Positions 12,781 to 27,072 are shown, numbered from the stretch's first letter. The stretch is 64,000 nucleotides of DNA from Botryllus schlosseri (GCA_051294905.1 CM119371.1:18106001-18170000); one strand, 5' to 3'. Program-made: numbers and translations. The notes: a model not told the origin generated them from the sequence alone.

Positions 12781-13589
12781 CCTCCAAATTTCTGAGGTTC
12801 ACACACAGAACGCGAACGTGAACCTCACGTTCATACTATCCCTAGTGTCTATTACACAATAATACAGTATACCAGGGGTCGGGAACCTATTGCTCGCGAG
12901 CCATATATGGCTCTTTTGGGTATAGGATATGACTCTTTGCCAAATTTGTAGACCCAATTTATCAATATTGCAGCAACTCGTTAGTAAATTTCAGCACGGT
13001 CAGAATGATTATTCTTGTGACAGTACAAAAAACATGTCTTTGAGACGTCAAGACCATGAGGTATTCAGGGTGAGGGGCTAGGACCCCCCGTTTCAAAATC
13101 ATCATTTTTGATTATTTCGATTTTACTATCTGCGTCTCACGAATGGATTTCGGTACAGTACTATACCATTTTTGATAAAAGAACTCAAAGATTTTCAACC
13201 AAACTATACCGAATTACTTTAGTGATAACCGAGTTGTTAATGATACGATTGTGCGTGTTTTTAATGAGAGTTTGATTCCAAGGCGACAAATTAAAACAAT
13301 GATTGAATAATCTCTGGATTCCTGTCGCATATAGGCAGTTGGTATTGATCCTATAATTGTGTGAAAACAGCGGAATGGCGGTCGCGGGAATAATCCGAAA
13401 CTCAACTGGGTGAAAGTCGACAAAGTCAATTGTAATATTCAGGTTACGATTCAACTTGTCACGCTAGCTCAATCAAATACAAAAGAGTTAACCTCTCAAA
13501 GGATTAGGGTTAGAACAGAGTATACTTTTCAGACCATTTGTTATCGAGTCATGATTGAAATCTGATTCTATGATTTCGTAATTACAACC

Positions 13590-14090
13590 TTACCAGCGAT
13601 CGTAGGGTTTTGCAACAAACTAATCACTTATTATCATCTCGCAGCCCATCGTAGGGTTTTGCAACACCACAAACTAGTTATTTGTTATTATCTCGCGTCC
13701 AATCGTAGGGTGTTCACTGTACACAGATCTCTGCCGATAGACAAATGTCTGGAAAACCAAGCCATTAGCGATTCCTATGTCTGTATCGTTATCTTGCTAG
13801 CGATAGTAGGGTTTCGTAACAAACTAATTACGTATTATTATCTCACGACCTGTCGTAGGGTTCTGAGACAAACCAACTACCGATTAGGGTTTTAGCTCAT
13901 TATTATCTCGAGGCTGAAAGCCCACCTCATCAGCGATCGATATCTCCAAAGTGTTAGTTCAAACCCGATCGTAGGGGATTAAACTCACCACCGGCCCCAT
14001 TATTTGATGAAGTGTTAGTTCACCACCGAGCCCTATTGAAGTACAGCCACCTTGTCAGCGATTAATACTACTGACGAGCCTACGATCTCT
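13590..14090 (+). repeat. Degenerate ~50-bp tandem repeat (atcgtagggttttgcaacaaacta...)
   Basis: Recurring cgtaggg and ttattatctc motifs at irregular ~50-bp spacing. Confidence 0.55.
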
Positions 14091-14461
14091 CGTGTAAATA
14101 GTAGATTCACGCTTTTACTACTATCTAAATCTGTTGGAAATCAAAATTTTAATTTTCTTGAGCCTCGTAAAATATCATACGGCTCAAACAAGCTGTAACT
14201 TACAAAATAACTATGTAACCCAAGTTTCGCATGCTCAAATAAGTCCACCAGTATGATTAGTACAAGTTTTTACAGAGAATCGACGAACCCCATGTAGTGA
14301 GTTTGAATTAGTGCTACCCTAACATCACGGATTTTTAATTGTGGCGTAGCAGTTGGTTGACATGTGTGGCATAGGCTCTGAACTCTTATTTTCCGTCGTT
14401 AAGCGGGATCAATGACGTCACAGAGAGGTGATGTCATAATACGTCAGAATTGACATATGAG

Positions 14462-15573
14462 TAGGGTTACCATATTTTTGTGAAGCAAATTCCGGACACT
14501 CTTTAGCGCCCACTAGCGGATTTTAAAATAAGGTGTAACACAAAGTCCGTCTATATGACGTCATACTAGCAAAGCATCGCCCATCGACTGTGATACACTA
14601 TACAGGAATGGAGTGGAACATAGGTCATGAATTGGGCCATCTGTACTGTGAGCTCTGGTGATTGCTACTTGCTACGGTCTGCAATAGATTCCTCCACGGG
14701 CTGGATGAAATCGTCAGCGGGCCGTGTCTGGCCTGTCAGGATTGTGATTGAAAGCCCTGCTATACTGTTAGGTCGGTGCGGCCATCTGGTTATGTGTTTT
14801 AATCAGGTCCGAAAAAACATTTTTTTGCCCCCTTCCGCCCAAAAGAGCACTGATCTTGGGCCCATCATAGGGTAGTCGATGTAGCCTGTTGTGCACTTAC
14901 TATATGCATTTGGCTGTTAAATTTTATGTATGAATTCTGTCAATAATATTGATTCTTTCGTAGGCTACTATAAAATGCACCAGCAGGTTACACATCTGGT
15001 GATTTCCAACCTTTCATGGTCGCGACCTCATTTCGCACTTGAAAATGTTCCGTGGCAAAAGCTCAAAACTTGATAAGCTGATTACTAAAAAAATTCAGCT
15101 TGTCCAAACTTACTCATGGCCTAGGAATCTGATTACGTCTAAAGCCATCGCGATCCCCAGATAAAGGCAAACGACCCCAAGATTTGGAACCACTGTCTGT
15201 GACTGAAGCATCCCATCGGCCTTAACCAACTCTAGGAATAGCTTATTATTGCGATTACAATCAGACTTATTTCAGTAAATGATGGTTATTTATATATATT
15301 TTGATTGCATTTTTGACGAGGGTGGTGCCTGGTGCCCATACTAATATCATTATACGTTGCACCAAGTCGCGCGCGGCGCGAATAAGAGTTTTGAATAACA
15401 TAAATCTGCTTGAAAATATTATTGTTTATGTTGATTTACGAAAAACTTTTGAGCCTGTTTCGAGCCATCAAAATTCCGGACATTTTGGCATATTTTAGAA
15501 ATTCCTCCCGGACGCAGATTTTTCATTGGAATTCCGGACATGTCCAGGAAATTCCGGACGTATGGCAACCCTA
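14462..15573. mobile_element. Non-autonomous hAT, Blackjack-like
   Basis: TIR tagggtt(a/g)ccata, ccggac subterminal repeats, perfect TSD catatgag (14454-14461, 15574-15581). Confidence 0.9.
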
Positions 15574-15869
15574 CATATGAGCCGACTCGAACGTGTTCAT
15601 TCTGTTCAATATAAAAAATCACCTGTCGCTCGTATATGATGAAAGACAAAATTACGATACTATCATGCAGGCGCATTGCCAGTCGACCGCCGGCTGTATT
15701 GATTGAATTTGACTAGCGAGTCCGACTGCCGCCAATCGGGTTGCTCGCGATCTCCGTCAATACGCAACGTATTTGTCAGGGATAAGGGGATATAGGGATA
15801 TCTAGTAGTTCTAGATATTCCTGGTATTCGCCAACACGCGCGCCGAAAATCACAAGATTTCAATCACTC

Positions 15870-16228
15870 CGTCTTGAGAACAAACGAATACGCATCTTCG
15901 GCGACGGATAATAAACTGATTTTACAGGAATTATTTTCACAAATGCGAAATCTGTTCAATAGTGACACTAATTTCAGAGGAGTCTATCGATCTCGCTTCC
16001 CATGACATGCCGCCCTATTTCTTGTCGCATTCTTTTTCTATACTATCTTCTTTACTTTCATTCAGTGTGCATGCCTCTTCTTTACATCGCCTAGGCCAAG
16101 GTGGGTGTCAGATTCCATAGACTACTCCTTGTCGCTTCGACATCTTCCTGTCTTTTCATTGTATCGCATTTTTTGTGGTGTATTGAACTGATAAAATTGC
16201 TAATAAACCAATGATGATGATGATGATG
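15870..16228 (+). mobile_element. Probable 3' end of a CR1/L2-type LINE
   Basis: T-rich 3' UTR-like tract, aataaa at 16202-16207, then an (atg)6 tail. Upstream coding similarity is only faint. Confidence 0.4.
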
Positions 16229-17498
16229 AGTCAGAACTTTCCATATCAAGCGTCTAATTCTGCTTACTGCTACGCTTCAGTTACGCACGCATGCTCCCAG
16301 GTAAGCGTTGCCTTTTCTTTTTTGAAATTATGTCACACACGCAATCCTTCGCAATAACTACACGTCGTTGGGGATATTTTGGGTTCACGTGGTGTGTAGC
16401 GTGTACTCTCAAGTCAGTTTACCCGTCAACCGTTACAGCCCTAATTATACTCTTCTACTCATATATGTTGTTCGTTCAGATGCCCAGGATTTATTTGTTG
16501 GACTTGGATTGCTTACGTCCTTACGACATTCGTAGATTTGTGCTTTCCAACATTCCATGTTCACAATGTCACCAGCGTTTCAGCCAATTATATTGCATCA
16601 ACAATTGTACATGGGCATTACGTCACACCATAAACACATTTTAGATCTGTATTGCTCATATCGGTCGCTTTGTGACCGAGCCCTCGTATTTTCAGATTCT
16701 TTCTCACCTGATTGAACACGAATATGTTTTATGTTAGATCTGACGAGGGGTTCAGTCACCCCATCTCAGAACATGTGATCATGTGGCTTTGCTGATGTTC
16801 TGTTACCGAGTCATTAATTTAATTTTTGTATATTTATCAACTTCAAGCAGAGCATTTGGAACGGCACGTATAGTCTCACCATGACCCCATTCGCTCTTTA
16901 CTCCTTGATCATCGCTGCCGTATAATTGCGAGACGACGATTTCCTGTTGTTTGGGAGTAACACGCCACCTCCTATTTTTCTAGCGAAACCAGTTCACTCT
17001 TCGTGCTCTTAGCATTTTCACCCTAGTTATGATGCGCCTATCTCCTTAGCAACTACAAAATCACACAATCCTATTAGTTTCGCATTTCCTACAGTGTACG
17101 ACATTCCGTTAATTATCACATCTTATCAAACGTATCATATCAACCGGTGCCGTTGTATTTTATTAATTTAACCTTCGATTCATGTATATTTTCATTTATT
17201 TCATTTTAAACTACCTCTTAAATGATACGACACCCGTTATATTTCATTACATCGCGCGTACACATTTCACAGTCTTGCAAAAGGCATCAATTACGTACTG
17301 CACGCCTACTTTACGCATTGCAATTGAATAATATATATTCATATTGAAATGAACCCGAACTCCTTTTGTTGACACAGCCTTGGATGGTGTATTTTGACAA
17401 ACTTCGACTCTAAGGCACACCGATGTGTCTGCACAGTGTACACTGTACACACACACGGTTACCACATCGACAAGATATCGGTTGACATAGCGCTAGGC

Positions 17499-18322
17499 CA
17501 GCGGTTCTCAACCGGGGGTCCGCGAAGCCTCCAAATAGTTGATAAGCTAATTTGTATTTTTTTTAATTCGGAAAATCACGAGGCAGTTTCGCTTCATTAC
17601 TATAGTTAAACTCCAGAGCTCACATCAACAGAATGGCAGTCTGAGATTAAATATTCTACTGTGCAGACTCATTTTAATTGCTAAATTGTCTATAGCCCAC
17701 GGATACAAACATTTTCTTGTTTAGAGATGTTTTGTTGGGGATTGTGGAAAAAAAGTTGGATGAGTAAGGTCGATCACGGTGACTTCGAAATATTAAAAAA
17801 AAATACATTTTCTCCTGTGATATGTATAACCATTTTTCCATAATAACTTTAAGATAAGCTGCTAGATAGAAATGACCAGGTTTGACGTCATATGTTCATT
17901 AAAAAAATTGTTTGTCAATTTCGGTGCCATATTTGTTGCGATGATACCCAAATGGGACGTCGGAAGCGTTACGAGTTATTATTATATTCGCCACCACCTA
18001 TATTTGTGGAAATGGATTTTCGACACTCGGTAATATCCTATCGAAGGCGCGGATTTTCAAGACAATACTACTTGTTTCACGAAATGCAATTGTAGAATTC
18101 GCTTTGAATTTATAGAACTCAGCTCAATTTCTACATGTATGATTATTTCCAAAGAAAGTCGTTTGTTGCTGTTTATCACTAAGCCTACAGTTATAATTTG
18201 CGCAAGACAGATGACGATTGCACGATATGTAAGCTAAAGTTGAACTAAAACTTTGTGGGGTCCGCGGGGGTCCGTGACGATCTGGAAGGGGTCTGCGAAT
18301 ACAAAACGGTTGAGAACCACTG
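17499..18322. mobile_element. Non-autonomous hAT (Buster/Charlie-like); partial copy at ~46080-46392
   Basis: TIR cag(c/t)ggttctcaaccg. TSD cgctaggc/ccctagac (6/8 match). Confidence 0.8.
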
Positions 18323-18546
18323 CCCTAGACCTTTCGCACATTCATGTAATCATGCATCATGACAGCATGGACTACCACGGCTACGCTCACACGCGTTAAT
18401 TACGCGCACTTTCATCACGGTTATTTTCTTGTTTCATTTCACGAGTCACACCCTATTACACTCGTGCGGTCGGGTACGCCATGCACACAGCGCGCATGAC
18501 GACATTTAATACATTAGCCTACATCATTTATTACATAACAATACAT

Positions 18547-19660
18547 CAGTGCTTCTTAACCTCGTCGGCAGCGCCCCCCGAGGAGCGATTTGTATTTTGA
18601 AGGGTGTGGAAATGCTAAGGGGCGCTGGGCTCAGGGGGCGGTTTGGGTGGCACAGAAGACAATTGGTGTCGCAGTAGAAAGGGTGCAGTAGGGACATACG
18701 ATTAGATAGTAAAACAACAGTTCTATTTATTCCTGAGTTCTCATTGCAAATTAACATTCAACACAATCTGTCAAATCTCGAAATTTGTCTCGCGCTGCGC
18801 TCGAAGTATATGCCGACAATCTTTGCATGGATGCAGTGGGTTATTGTAAAAAATGAATTATATAGTGGAATAAATATGACAATATGAACGTATTGTTTGC
18901 TGCAGTAAAATGAATTGCGTGTACATTTAGATCGCCAATTCCCCGTTAAAATACTCACATCACTCTAGCTTGGATTATTTTACGCAAAATGTTTCGATCT
19001 CAGAGGTATTTTATCCCGCACCGTATAGCGTGTCGAAATCGAAGAGGTACTGTACCAGTTTGGGAGTGAGAGCCCTTCGTACATCAAAGATGCTTTGAAG
19101 CTTCTTGGTCAAAATGATGAACTAAATATATTTGTATTTGACAGCTACAAAATTTACTTTTCAGACTATTTCCTAATCGTATCATGGAGTATCATGGGCT
19201 GCATTGTTTGGAATACATTCATGTTGAAGTTACTAACTGGGTGCAGTACTAAACTCAATCTAAGCAAAATCTCTATCACTATCTCAGTTTATTAGTCACA
19301 GAAGGCAATAAAACAAAACCCAATATAATTAGCGTCCCCGTATTGCCAGTTGCAGAGGTGAATTCTGGATGCGTACGTTGGGCTCGAACCAGATGATATG
19401 AACCCGTGCCCGATGGTTGTTGTAGCAACCTTGATTTGATCCCGAATATAGCGCATACAGTTATTATAGCGTTAATCAGTCGAGTGGTCCTCGGGCGCGA
19501 TTCAAGCTATTTGCAATAGTCAAGTCCCCACCCAAAAAGACCGGCCGGACTTTGAACTGTTACTCCTTGTTCTTACTACCGTCCTTAAATTATATGGGGG
19601 AGCTAGACTTGGGCAATTGTCGGAAAGGGGCGCTGCAGGGGAAAAGGTTACGAACCATTG
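18547..19660. mobile_element. Non-autonomous hAT (Buster/Charlie-like), degenerate
   Basis: Ends cagtgcttcttaacct and aggttacgaaccattg. TSD caatacat/cattgcat (6/8 match). Confidence 0.6.
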
Positions 19661-19901
19661 CATTGCATCATTACACAATATATCCATTTTTCTTATTCAC
19701 TGCGCCGCGTTACAGCACCCTATCCCGCAATCATCGGGCTTTTCCAAGCATCATGATACAGGCCTGCTTCCGTCTGGTTGTAGTTACTATTGCAGTGAAA
19801 TTGTATTTTACTTCCGTTTTCATTTTGTACATAAATCGTTTCCAGGCTTAGTAATCATTTTAATTGTTTGTATCTCGTGATGCTGTCGCAAGCTTATTTC
19901 A

Positions 19902-20224
19902 GCCGCGAAAGATACCCAGCCGGACGATCGGTACGCCGCAGATTCGTGGATGACACCGGACGCTCAGGCCACAAGTACATTGAAATACAATCGTCTCACG
20001 CTAACGTATCTCGCCCTGACACAGCGACTTCCGAACAACTGCGGTTCACGGCTCAGTCACAAGGTGCCCGATGCAAGTATTCAACAACCTACTTCAGCAA
20101 TCATCTTCGACGCCGAAGGCAACCGACACGTCACGAGCAAGCAACGCATCGCATCTGATACCAGCTGGCGCACAGCTACGGGGCCACAGATGTTAGCCTC
20201 ACTTCTTTTCAGGTGGCGTATGCT
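19902..20224 (+). pseudogene. Truncated copy 2 of the decayed unknown ORF
   Basis: Open S/T/A/Q-rich frame running into MLASLLFRWR at 20190. The rest is deleted relative to the 46.7 kb copy. Confidence 0.3.
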
Positions 20225-21458
20225 GATTCTCAACCACTAATATTTGCATTATATATATATGTACATAGTTTAAATGCATCAAATTACATGACTCTATTGG
20301 TTAAACAGCGTTAAGAACTGGTAAAATATACTGTAAAACAGTCAGAGTTGGTCAAAGCAGTTCTACTGAAGTTCAAGTAGAAATAATGCCGTAAATTCCT
20401 CTTCAATTGGAACTAAAAGCAGCGATATCCAGTTCGTTCCAAAACTATATCAATTGAAAGCCGAAAGTGAAAGGTCTGATAGTGTAGTTTCAAAGAGTAG
20501 AGTTGTTGGAGACTTGGAGGGTACTTTGACCAACTAAAAACTGTTAAGCAGCAGTGATAGCGTAGACTAAAATGCATGAGCACTTGAGTAAGTTGTGCAG
20601 GTAGTAAACGCCTATAAGACTGAATAGTTCAGAAATGTAGAAGTAGCCTATTACGTTGCTGACCAACTATGATTTGAAGTTATGGAATGTTCTGTTCGAG
20701 ATTTACTCTTGCTTGCGTTAGCAATAATAAGGAATGGAAACGTCAACACGATTGCTATGCAAAAAGTTTATTTAATATACACTGCACATTTTTCAGGATC
20801 GAACATAAGTGTTGAAAATAACAATTATAATTATAAAGGCTTATCACGGGCAGCATCAGTCACGGCGAACGAAATTACGCATCCAAAAACCCAAACATGA
20901 AAATATATATGCTGCGTGCCATGAGTGTCAGTGCCATTGCATCACGCGGAAACAGCGTGCGGGACACACAATATTTTTCACGTAATAGCCTAAGTAAATG
21001 GGACTGTAAGATTGAAGTCGCGTCGATAAACTGCAACATCGATGAATACATGCCAGAGCATGTATAGACAAAGGGTTGAGAAACCGTGACATGCGATGGC
21101 GATTAACCTCGACACTACCGAGATTTCTTCATGTTGCGTATTATCAAAATCGTTTAGCTGCAGTTCCAATGCGGTGGTTCCTCGAGAAAATGGTTCGCTG
21201 CAAATGTTTTTCCCAATTTTATCTACAATTTGAGACCACGTCATATTTAGAGAGCTCTAGATATGAACATAAATACAGTACACATGTACGAACATAGGCA
21301 TATCCTGCATTGCCTACAATGTGAGAAGTATCGAACGACCTGAACTAACGAGCGTATCATGCTTACGGCGTTGCAATATAATTGAGCGTAACGAATTCAT
21401 TGCAGCTGGGCCATATCATCATAACGACAACCTTTGACGGGTCTAATATCATTTACCG

Positions 21459-23043
21459 CAAGGGTCGGCAACCTACGGCCCGCGGGCCGGATCCGGCCCG
21501 CCAAGCGAAATCGTCCGGCCCGCGACATGATAATTAGTTATCACAAGAATACGGCCCGCCGCTTCATAAAGAGTTTCAATCTGCAGTGCAGCGCTGCATG
21601 AAAGAAATGCGGCATTGCTACGATATAATAGTAGCCTACATCGTATTAGTCTATTGTTACGCCATAAAACGAAGGTGGTTGAAGTAGGAGATGGAGTTAG
21701 ACTAGACTGGATCAGTGCTTATCAATCGGGTGTATCTCGCAACCGAAGGTGTTCCATGCTTTTTAAAGGGCTGATCACTCTAACGGGGTGTGACAATAAA
21801 GGTGTTCTTCCGTAGCTTCAAAAGCGCTTGGAGCATCTCAGACGCAATGACGGAATCTCAAACTATTCAATTATAGATAACTGGCCTCCGTATGTTAGAT
21901 AGCCTGTCTACAGTTTGATTTTCCAGAAGGCATTGTGTGCCAAGACAAAAAAACCTGAATAGTGTTTTGGCCACAATGGTGAAAACTGTTAATATGATTT
22001 TTGTCTCATCAACTGTATCAGTTACGCCATATATCACTAGATGCAGAGAATCAATATGGCGATGTTATGTAGGCCTATATATCTATCATGTTCGCTCATT
22101 GAGTCGAGCAGCTATGCTTACACGAGTGTATGATCTGCGAAATGAAATAGCAACTTTCCTCAAAAATACAAATATCGCCGACTCATAATCTTGTAATCGA
22201 AAATGGGTATCTCATCTTGCCTTCCTGGCACATTTAACGTCACATCTGAACAAATTGAACTTGCAACTTCAGGGGGAAAACAACTACATAATGAGATGTT
22301 GAGGCGCATTCAAAACAAATCTGTGACTCTGGAAATGCCAACAGTACAACGAAAATTATGCTCACTTTCCTATACTGGAGGAGAGAAAACCTAGTATCAA
22401 CACTACATTTGTAATTGTGATACGAAATTTAACTACTGAATATTCACCCGCTTTTCCGACATTTCTTGTCTACAAAATGAATTCTGACTATTCAGTACTC
22501 TGTTTAATATGGACGCCAATACCATTGCCTGGAAATTTCAAATGGGCCTTTCTGAAATGCGATGCAGTTGAATTGAATGACATATTTCATACAAAGAGCA
22601 TATCGCTGCATGACTTTGACAAAGAGTACGTTCTTGAAATTGGTCTTTATCCCAGCTTGACCAGCAATGCAAAAAAATTGCATCGATTTTTGAAAGCACG
22701 TACGCATGTCAACAATAGTTTTGAACAATGAAATTCACGAAGAGCAAGCTAAGATCACGTATTTCGGACGTCCGTTTTGAATAGGGTCTGATTCTTGTTT
22801 CATCTGACTTGTTACCAGAAGTTGAAAACCTTTCACAAAGCAAGCTGCGTCAATTGTCACAATTATTCTGTGTCGTTGAAGTGTAAATACATGTGTCTTC
22901 GGATTGGTATGATTGAGATTGCAGCAATGTAGGATAATATACCGAAGTGAGCGTAAAATATAGTAATAGGAAAAAATCCGGCCCGCCGAAAGGTTGTACA
23001 CCCGAAATTTGGCCCGCGACTAGCAAAAGGTTGCCGACCCCTG
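21459..23043 (+). mobile_element. hAT Buster/SPIN-type deletion derivative with GTF2IRD2-like transposase remnants
   Basis: TIR ca(a/g)gggtcggcaacc, TSD atttaccg/atttacag. Remnant peptides LTRVYDLRNEIATFL and KWVSHLAFLAHLTSHLNKLNLQLQG. Absent at the paralogous site near 49865. Confidence 0.92.
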
Positions 23044-23697
23044 ATTTACAGCAATATAATTTAGAATATGGAATGAATAGTATCCGTAAACATCATATTG
23101 TCTATAATGCCAGATACGCATATGGATGTGGGAAAATGGTCTACGTAACTGATTATAACAGACCCCAAATATTTTTAGGACTTCGGCTCAGTTCGTTTTG
23201 GTTGAAGCGGTTTCCAACTCTGCCCACAAATATGATTGACAGGGCGTCCTTGATGCTCTCGCGGGCCACATAAAATTACGCATCTAAGATGGAAAATATA
23301 AAATACTTATTCTCGAGTTTGATATATTTGCGTCAATGATAGTTGGGCGTGTGCAAAGAAATGCTGAGGATAAATAAACTACGATTTATACATAATTTAC
23401 TCTCTATAATGCTCATTTCATGATAAAGTTATGAGGGTAAGGGATGCCGATTGACAGTTTTGTTAGCATTTTGTCAATATCCACTGTAAAAACGCCGTAA
23501 GAGAACAAAAGTACCACGACGCCTCCAATGATTACATTTGGCCCCCGATAAGTGTCGATGGCGAAGAAAAATGCTATTTTAAAATATTTTCTCATACATA
23601 ATTACAATGTCCAAGTCATGGATAGGGGATTCATGTAGCCAATATCTGTGTCACTGAAAGTCGGTGGTTTGTCGACGAAAGAAAAAACATTGCAAGT

Positions 23698-24840
23698 TCA
23701 TACCAGGAGCTTATGTCTGATGAATTGCTTGTTGGCGCACATGGTTTCCAGAGGGAGTATTTCCTGTCTCCCTTGATGGGCTCTTTGACATAAGACTAAC
23801 CATGGAAACAATTTTAATTTCCAATCGGTTGAAATTAAATTGACGCAAAGTAGATTGATCAGCAAGTTCAGGCCATTCATACTTTGCAAGACGTTAGTGA
23901 GTTCCAACAAGTTCACAAGTAATACTGACATAGTTGTATCCGTGACTAAGACTACAGTTGTCAGGATGGTTACTCTTTTTAGCAATCGAACATATTTACG
24001 ATCGGTTGGAATATTTGACTTGCGATTATTTTGCATGTTCTTAATCAATGGATAGATGAATAAAATCAGGAGTGGAAACTGAATGGTCCACGGAACCGCC
24101 ATCAACATCCACGTGAGCCGTCCGGCCACCATATGCGATATGGTTCTGTGCGATTCCACTATCATGAAGACAATTGCAAAAACGAAAAAGACTGTCATAT
24201 AAACAATGAGGTATTTACTGATAAATCTTGTAATCTTATTTGAAAGATGAGCCAATGTCTGTTCCCGATAGAACGTTCTTTGCCTTTGCCAAATCACTGC
24301 ATATATGGTTAGTGTCACAAATCCCCATACAGGTGGGATGTAATGTGACACTGACATCATATAATCGTAAACCAATCCACATTTGGCAGGTAAGAGAGTC
24401 GATAAAAGATGGTACATCTCTGCAGTATTTTTTCCGGTAGCAAAGACATTGTGGAAATCAGACAGGTTCCATTTGTTTTGAAACATCTCAATCACAGTTC
24501 TTTGACCTTCGGACAAATTCTTATTTGTACTATTGAAATTCAAAATCGAATACCGAGATATATCTTTTCGTTCGTCCACCACGAAAGAGCAATGTCGTTT
24601 TAATAATATCGCACTTGCTATAACCATAATTTCTGAAACAGCGAAGACAGTGCAGCTAACAGAAAGCATAATGCTTTCAATGCGCTTCCTTGAAATCTTG
24701 CAATCACAGCAAGGCTGCTCTTTTTCACGAATCAGATGCAACCATAAAACAAAACACATGTAGACTGCGACACCACACACCACGGATTCACACGCGATTA
24801 GAGTATCGACACCAGGAAAGATATCTTCTTGTTTGGCCAT
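23698..24840 (-). CDS. Intronless 7-transmembrane GPCR-like protein, paralog 2 (380 aa)
   Basis: Intact ORF, colinear with paralogs 1 and 3, same seven hydrophobic segments and motifs. Confidence 0.87.
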   Translation of the reverse strand: MAKQEDIFPGVDTLIACESVVCGVAVYMCFVLWLHLIREKEQPCCDCKISRKRIESIMLSVSCTVFAVSEIMVIASAILLKRHCSFVVDERKDISRYSILNFNSTNKNLSEGQRTVIEMFQNKWNLSDFHNVFATGKNTAEMYHLLSTLLPAKCGLVYDYMMSVSHYIPPVWGFVTLTIYAVIWQRQRTFYREQTLAHLSNKITRFISKYLIVYMTVFFVFAIVFMIVESHRTISHMVAGRLTWMLMAVPWTIQFPLLILFIYPLIKNMQNNRKSNIPTDRKYVRLLKRVTILTTVVLVTDTTMSVLLVNLLELTNVLQSMNGLNLLINLLCVNLISTDWKLKLFPWLVLCQRAHQGRQEILPLETMCANKQFIRHKLLV

Positions 24841-25270
24841 ATCTACTTCAATAAGCTTTTAAATTATCAAGTAATTAAATCTCTGTAAAATGCAACGTCA
24901 AAACGCAAGTAGCAGATAAAGCAGTAACATATCATAAAATTGTAACGCGTAATTAAACGAAGATTAACACTAAACATGGTATAGGCTACATGTAGTATGA
25001 TATCCTAACCAAGTAAAACTAGACGGCCGGTGAATGGCTATAATACACAATGCTCCATTGGGTAACATATGTGCAGATTTGCTTCAGGTGATGAGAGGTC
25101 GTCTGAGGTGTGGTTTTGTAAATTGACTACAAATTTACGTTGTGAAATACTTCACACCGCTCTTTGATGTAAAGATACAGAACAGTCAGAGGTAAAGGTA
25201 TATAGCGAATTCCGAAAAGCTCTTCCATGTGGTATATTGCTAGATTTTCTAAAGTGCAGTCGTATCAATT

Positions 25271-26559
25271 CAGAGGTGGTCAAAGTAGTCAAGAAATCTA
25301 CTCAAGTAGAAGTAGAAGTAGCGACGAAAATATCTACTCAAGTACGAGTAGAAGTACTTCTTCCATTAGCAACCTAAAACTACTTGAAGTAGAAGTAGAA
25401 TTGACTAAATTTAAAAGTACTCAAGTAAGTAAGTAATTATGAAAACGATCCTAATTCGTTCACATGGATTGTAAGGTGCAAATTGAGCTATAGGTGACGA
25501 GCTTGATTCATATTGATGCATACCAGCAGGTATCCTTTTCGATAGCATAAGTATTCGTCCACATCATGGGATGAAAATGATAGAAGTGATATGGAAATGC
25601 GATGCTAATACTCTGTTTTTTCGAACAGCACGTTTTAGAAAATAGCATGCGTTATGGTGCCATTCCCCATATTATAAGGCCCGTAGTTTAGTCGAAGAGC
25701 AATACGGAGAAGTTGTATAGGATACGGTGTAAACACTTTGCGCGATTGGTAAACGTTAATAAAAAATATGGTGGACCGTAAAAATGCCATATTGTGTAGC
25801 TTTATTTCCAGAAATTAAAGGCATTACTACACTTGCTTTTATACTTCAACATGTATGTTATCCAGACAAAAGAACTGATAATAATTATAACTCAAAGTAT
25901 ATGATACTGGGAATTGAAAGTGTAATGTAAATACTACTTCTAAAATCAGAACACGTATTTCATGTTTTAGTCCAGAAAGGTTCAAAGGTTGTGTGCTAAA
26001 ACAGCTCTAAAACTAAAAAAAGTCATAGTTCACTTTTCCAGATTTGGACACGCCATGGACATGCTAGATTACGATATGACAAGTAAATGCTAGATTGCGA
26101 AACATCAATTTCAAACGTTATGATGAGCTATATATACTGAAATGAATTATTTGATATGGACGAAGGGCGACAATGTGGTGTGAACGGAACCACGCCAACC
26201 CTCCACCTGAATTATATTCACCGATACTTTCGTGAAATCATACTGGTCACTCCGTATCCAGCACTGCACGCGAAGCGCGACGAAAATTCTGGGCTTTACT
26301 AAACTTTTATGAAAATTTAATGTTGATACTCCGTGAAAACAGCCCCGAAATTCCTCAGGCTATCTTCCTGATTGGAAGATTGAACTACTTCTACTTGACA
26401 AACTGAAAATAGCGAAAAGTAAGTAAGTAGATCACAAAATATTACGAAGTAGAAGTAGAAGTAGCGAAAATCAGATCTACTTGAGTAAGTACCAGAAGTA
26501 GAGGAAAACTACTTGAGTACTTCGAAAAAGTAGAAGTACTTCGTTACTGACCACCTCTG
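25271..26559. mobile_element. Non-autonomous Tol2/Ac-like hAT element
   Basis: 12-bp TIR cagaggtggtca and many (A/G)AGTA subterminal repeats as in Tol2. Imperfect TSD cgtatca. Empty site at ~53063 in the paralog-3 unit. Confidence 0.88.
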
Positions 26560-27072
26560 CGTATCATAGACATTCACATTTTTCTCCATCGCCGTGATAA
26601 TCTTGCCACTTCATCGCATCTCGAAGAGGATTAATGTTTTCCTGAAAAAAGCCTATTTGTCCGCGGCGTTTTGCAGCGAGTTAACAAGAATATCCCTCTA
26701 GCGCGTGGAAATCCATTGCCAAGCCGCCATTACAGTACTTACACCGTACCCAGTCACAGTAGCTAATGTGCCACGAATAATAGCCATTTTGTGAGGGCAT
26801 AGTAGCTTGTAGTCTGCGAACAGCATTCTAGTTTCGATCACAAACAGAACAAAAGCAAAGAAAAAGGGATAGTTATCAAAGGCCGTCTTATATGCGTCTC
26901 GGTCTTGTCAGTGTCTGGGCCATTGCACATCTAGGCAATATGCTTATTTATCGATGTGTCGATGACCCCTGGTATAGTGTAAAAGGAGCCATGTTTGGTG
27001 AACACACGGAGCGCATTGTGATTTGATATGAAATGAACTTTTTGCTGTATTTATTCATCATTCACAATTTCA

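Noticed and set aside
10569..12925. Complete hAT elements from ends at 10569 and 12873 (similar orphan ends near 6467, 10148, 28598, 41740, 58229)
   Set aside because: Single TIR-like ends without a partner end or TSD, so boundaries cannot be supported.
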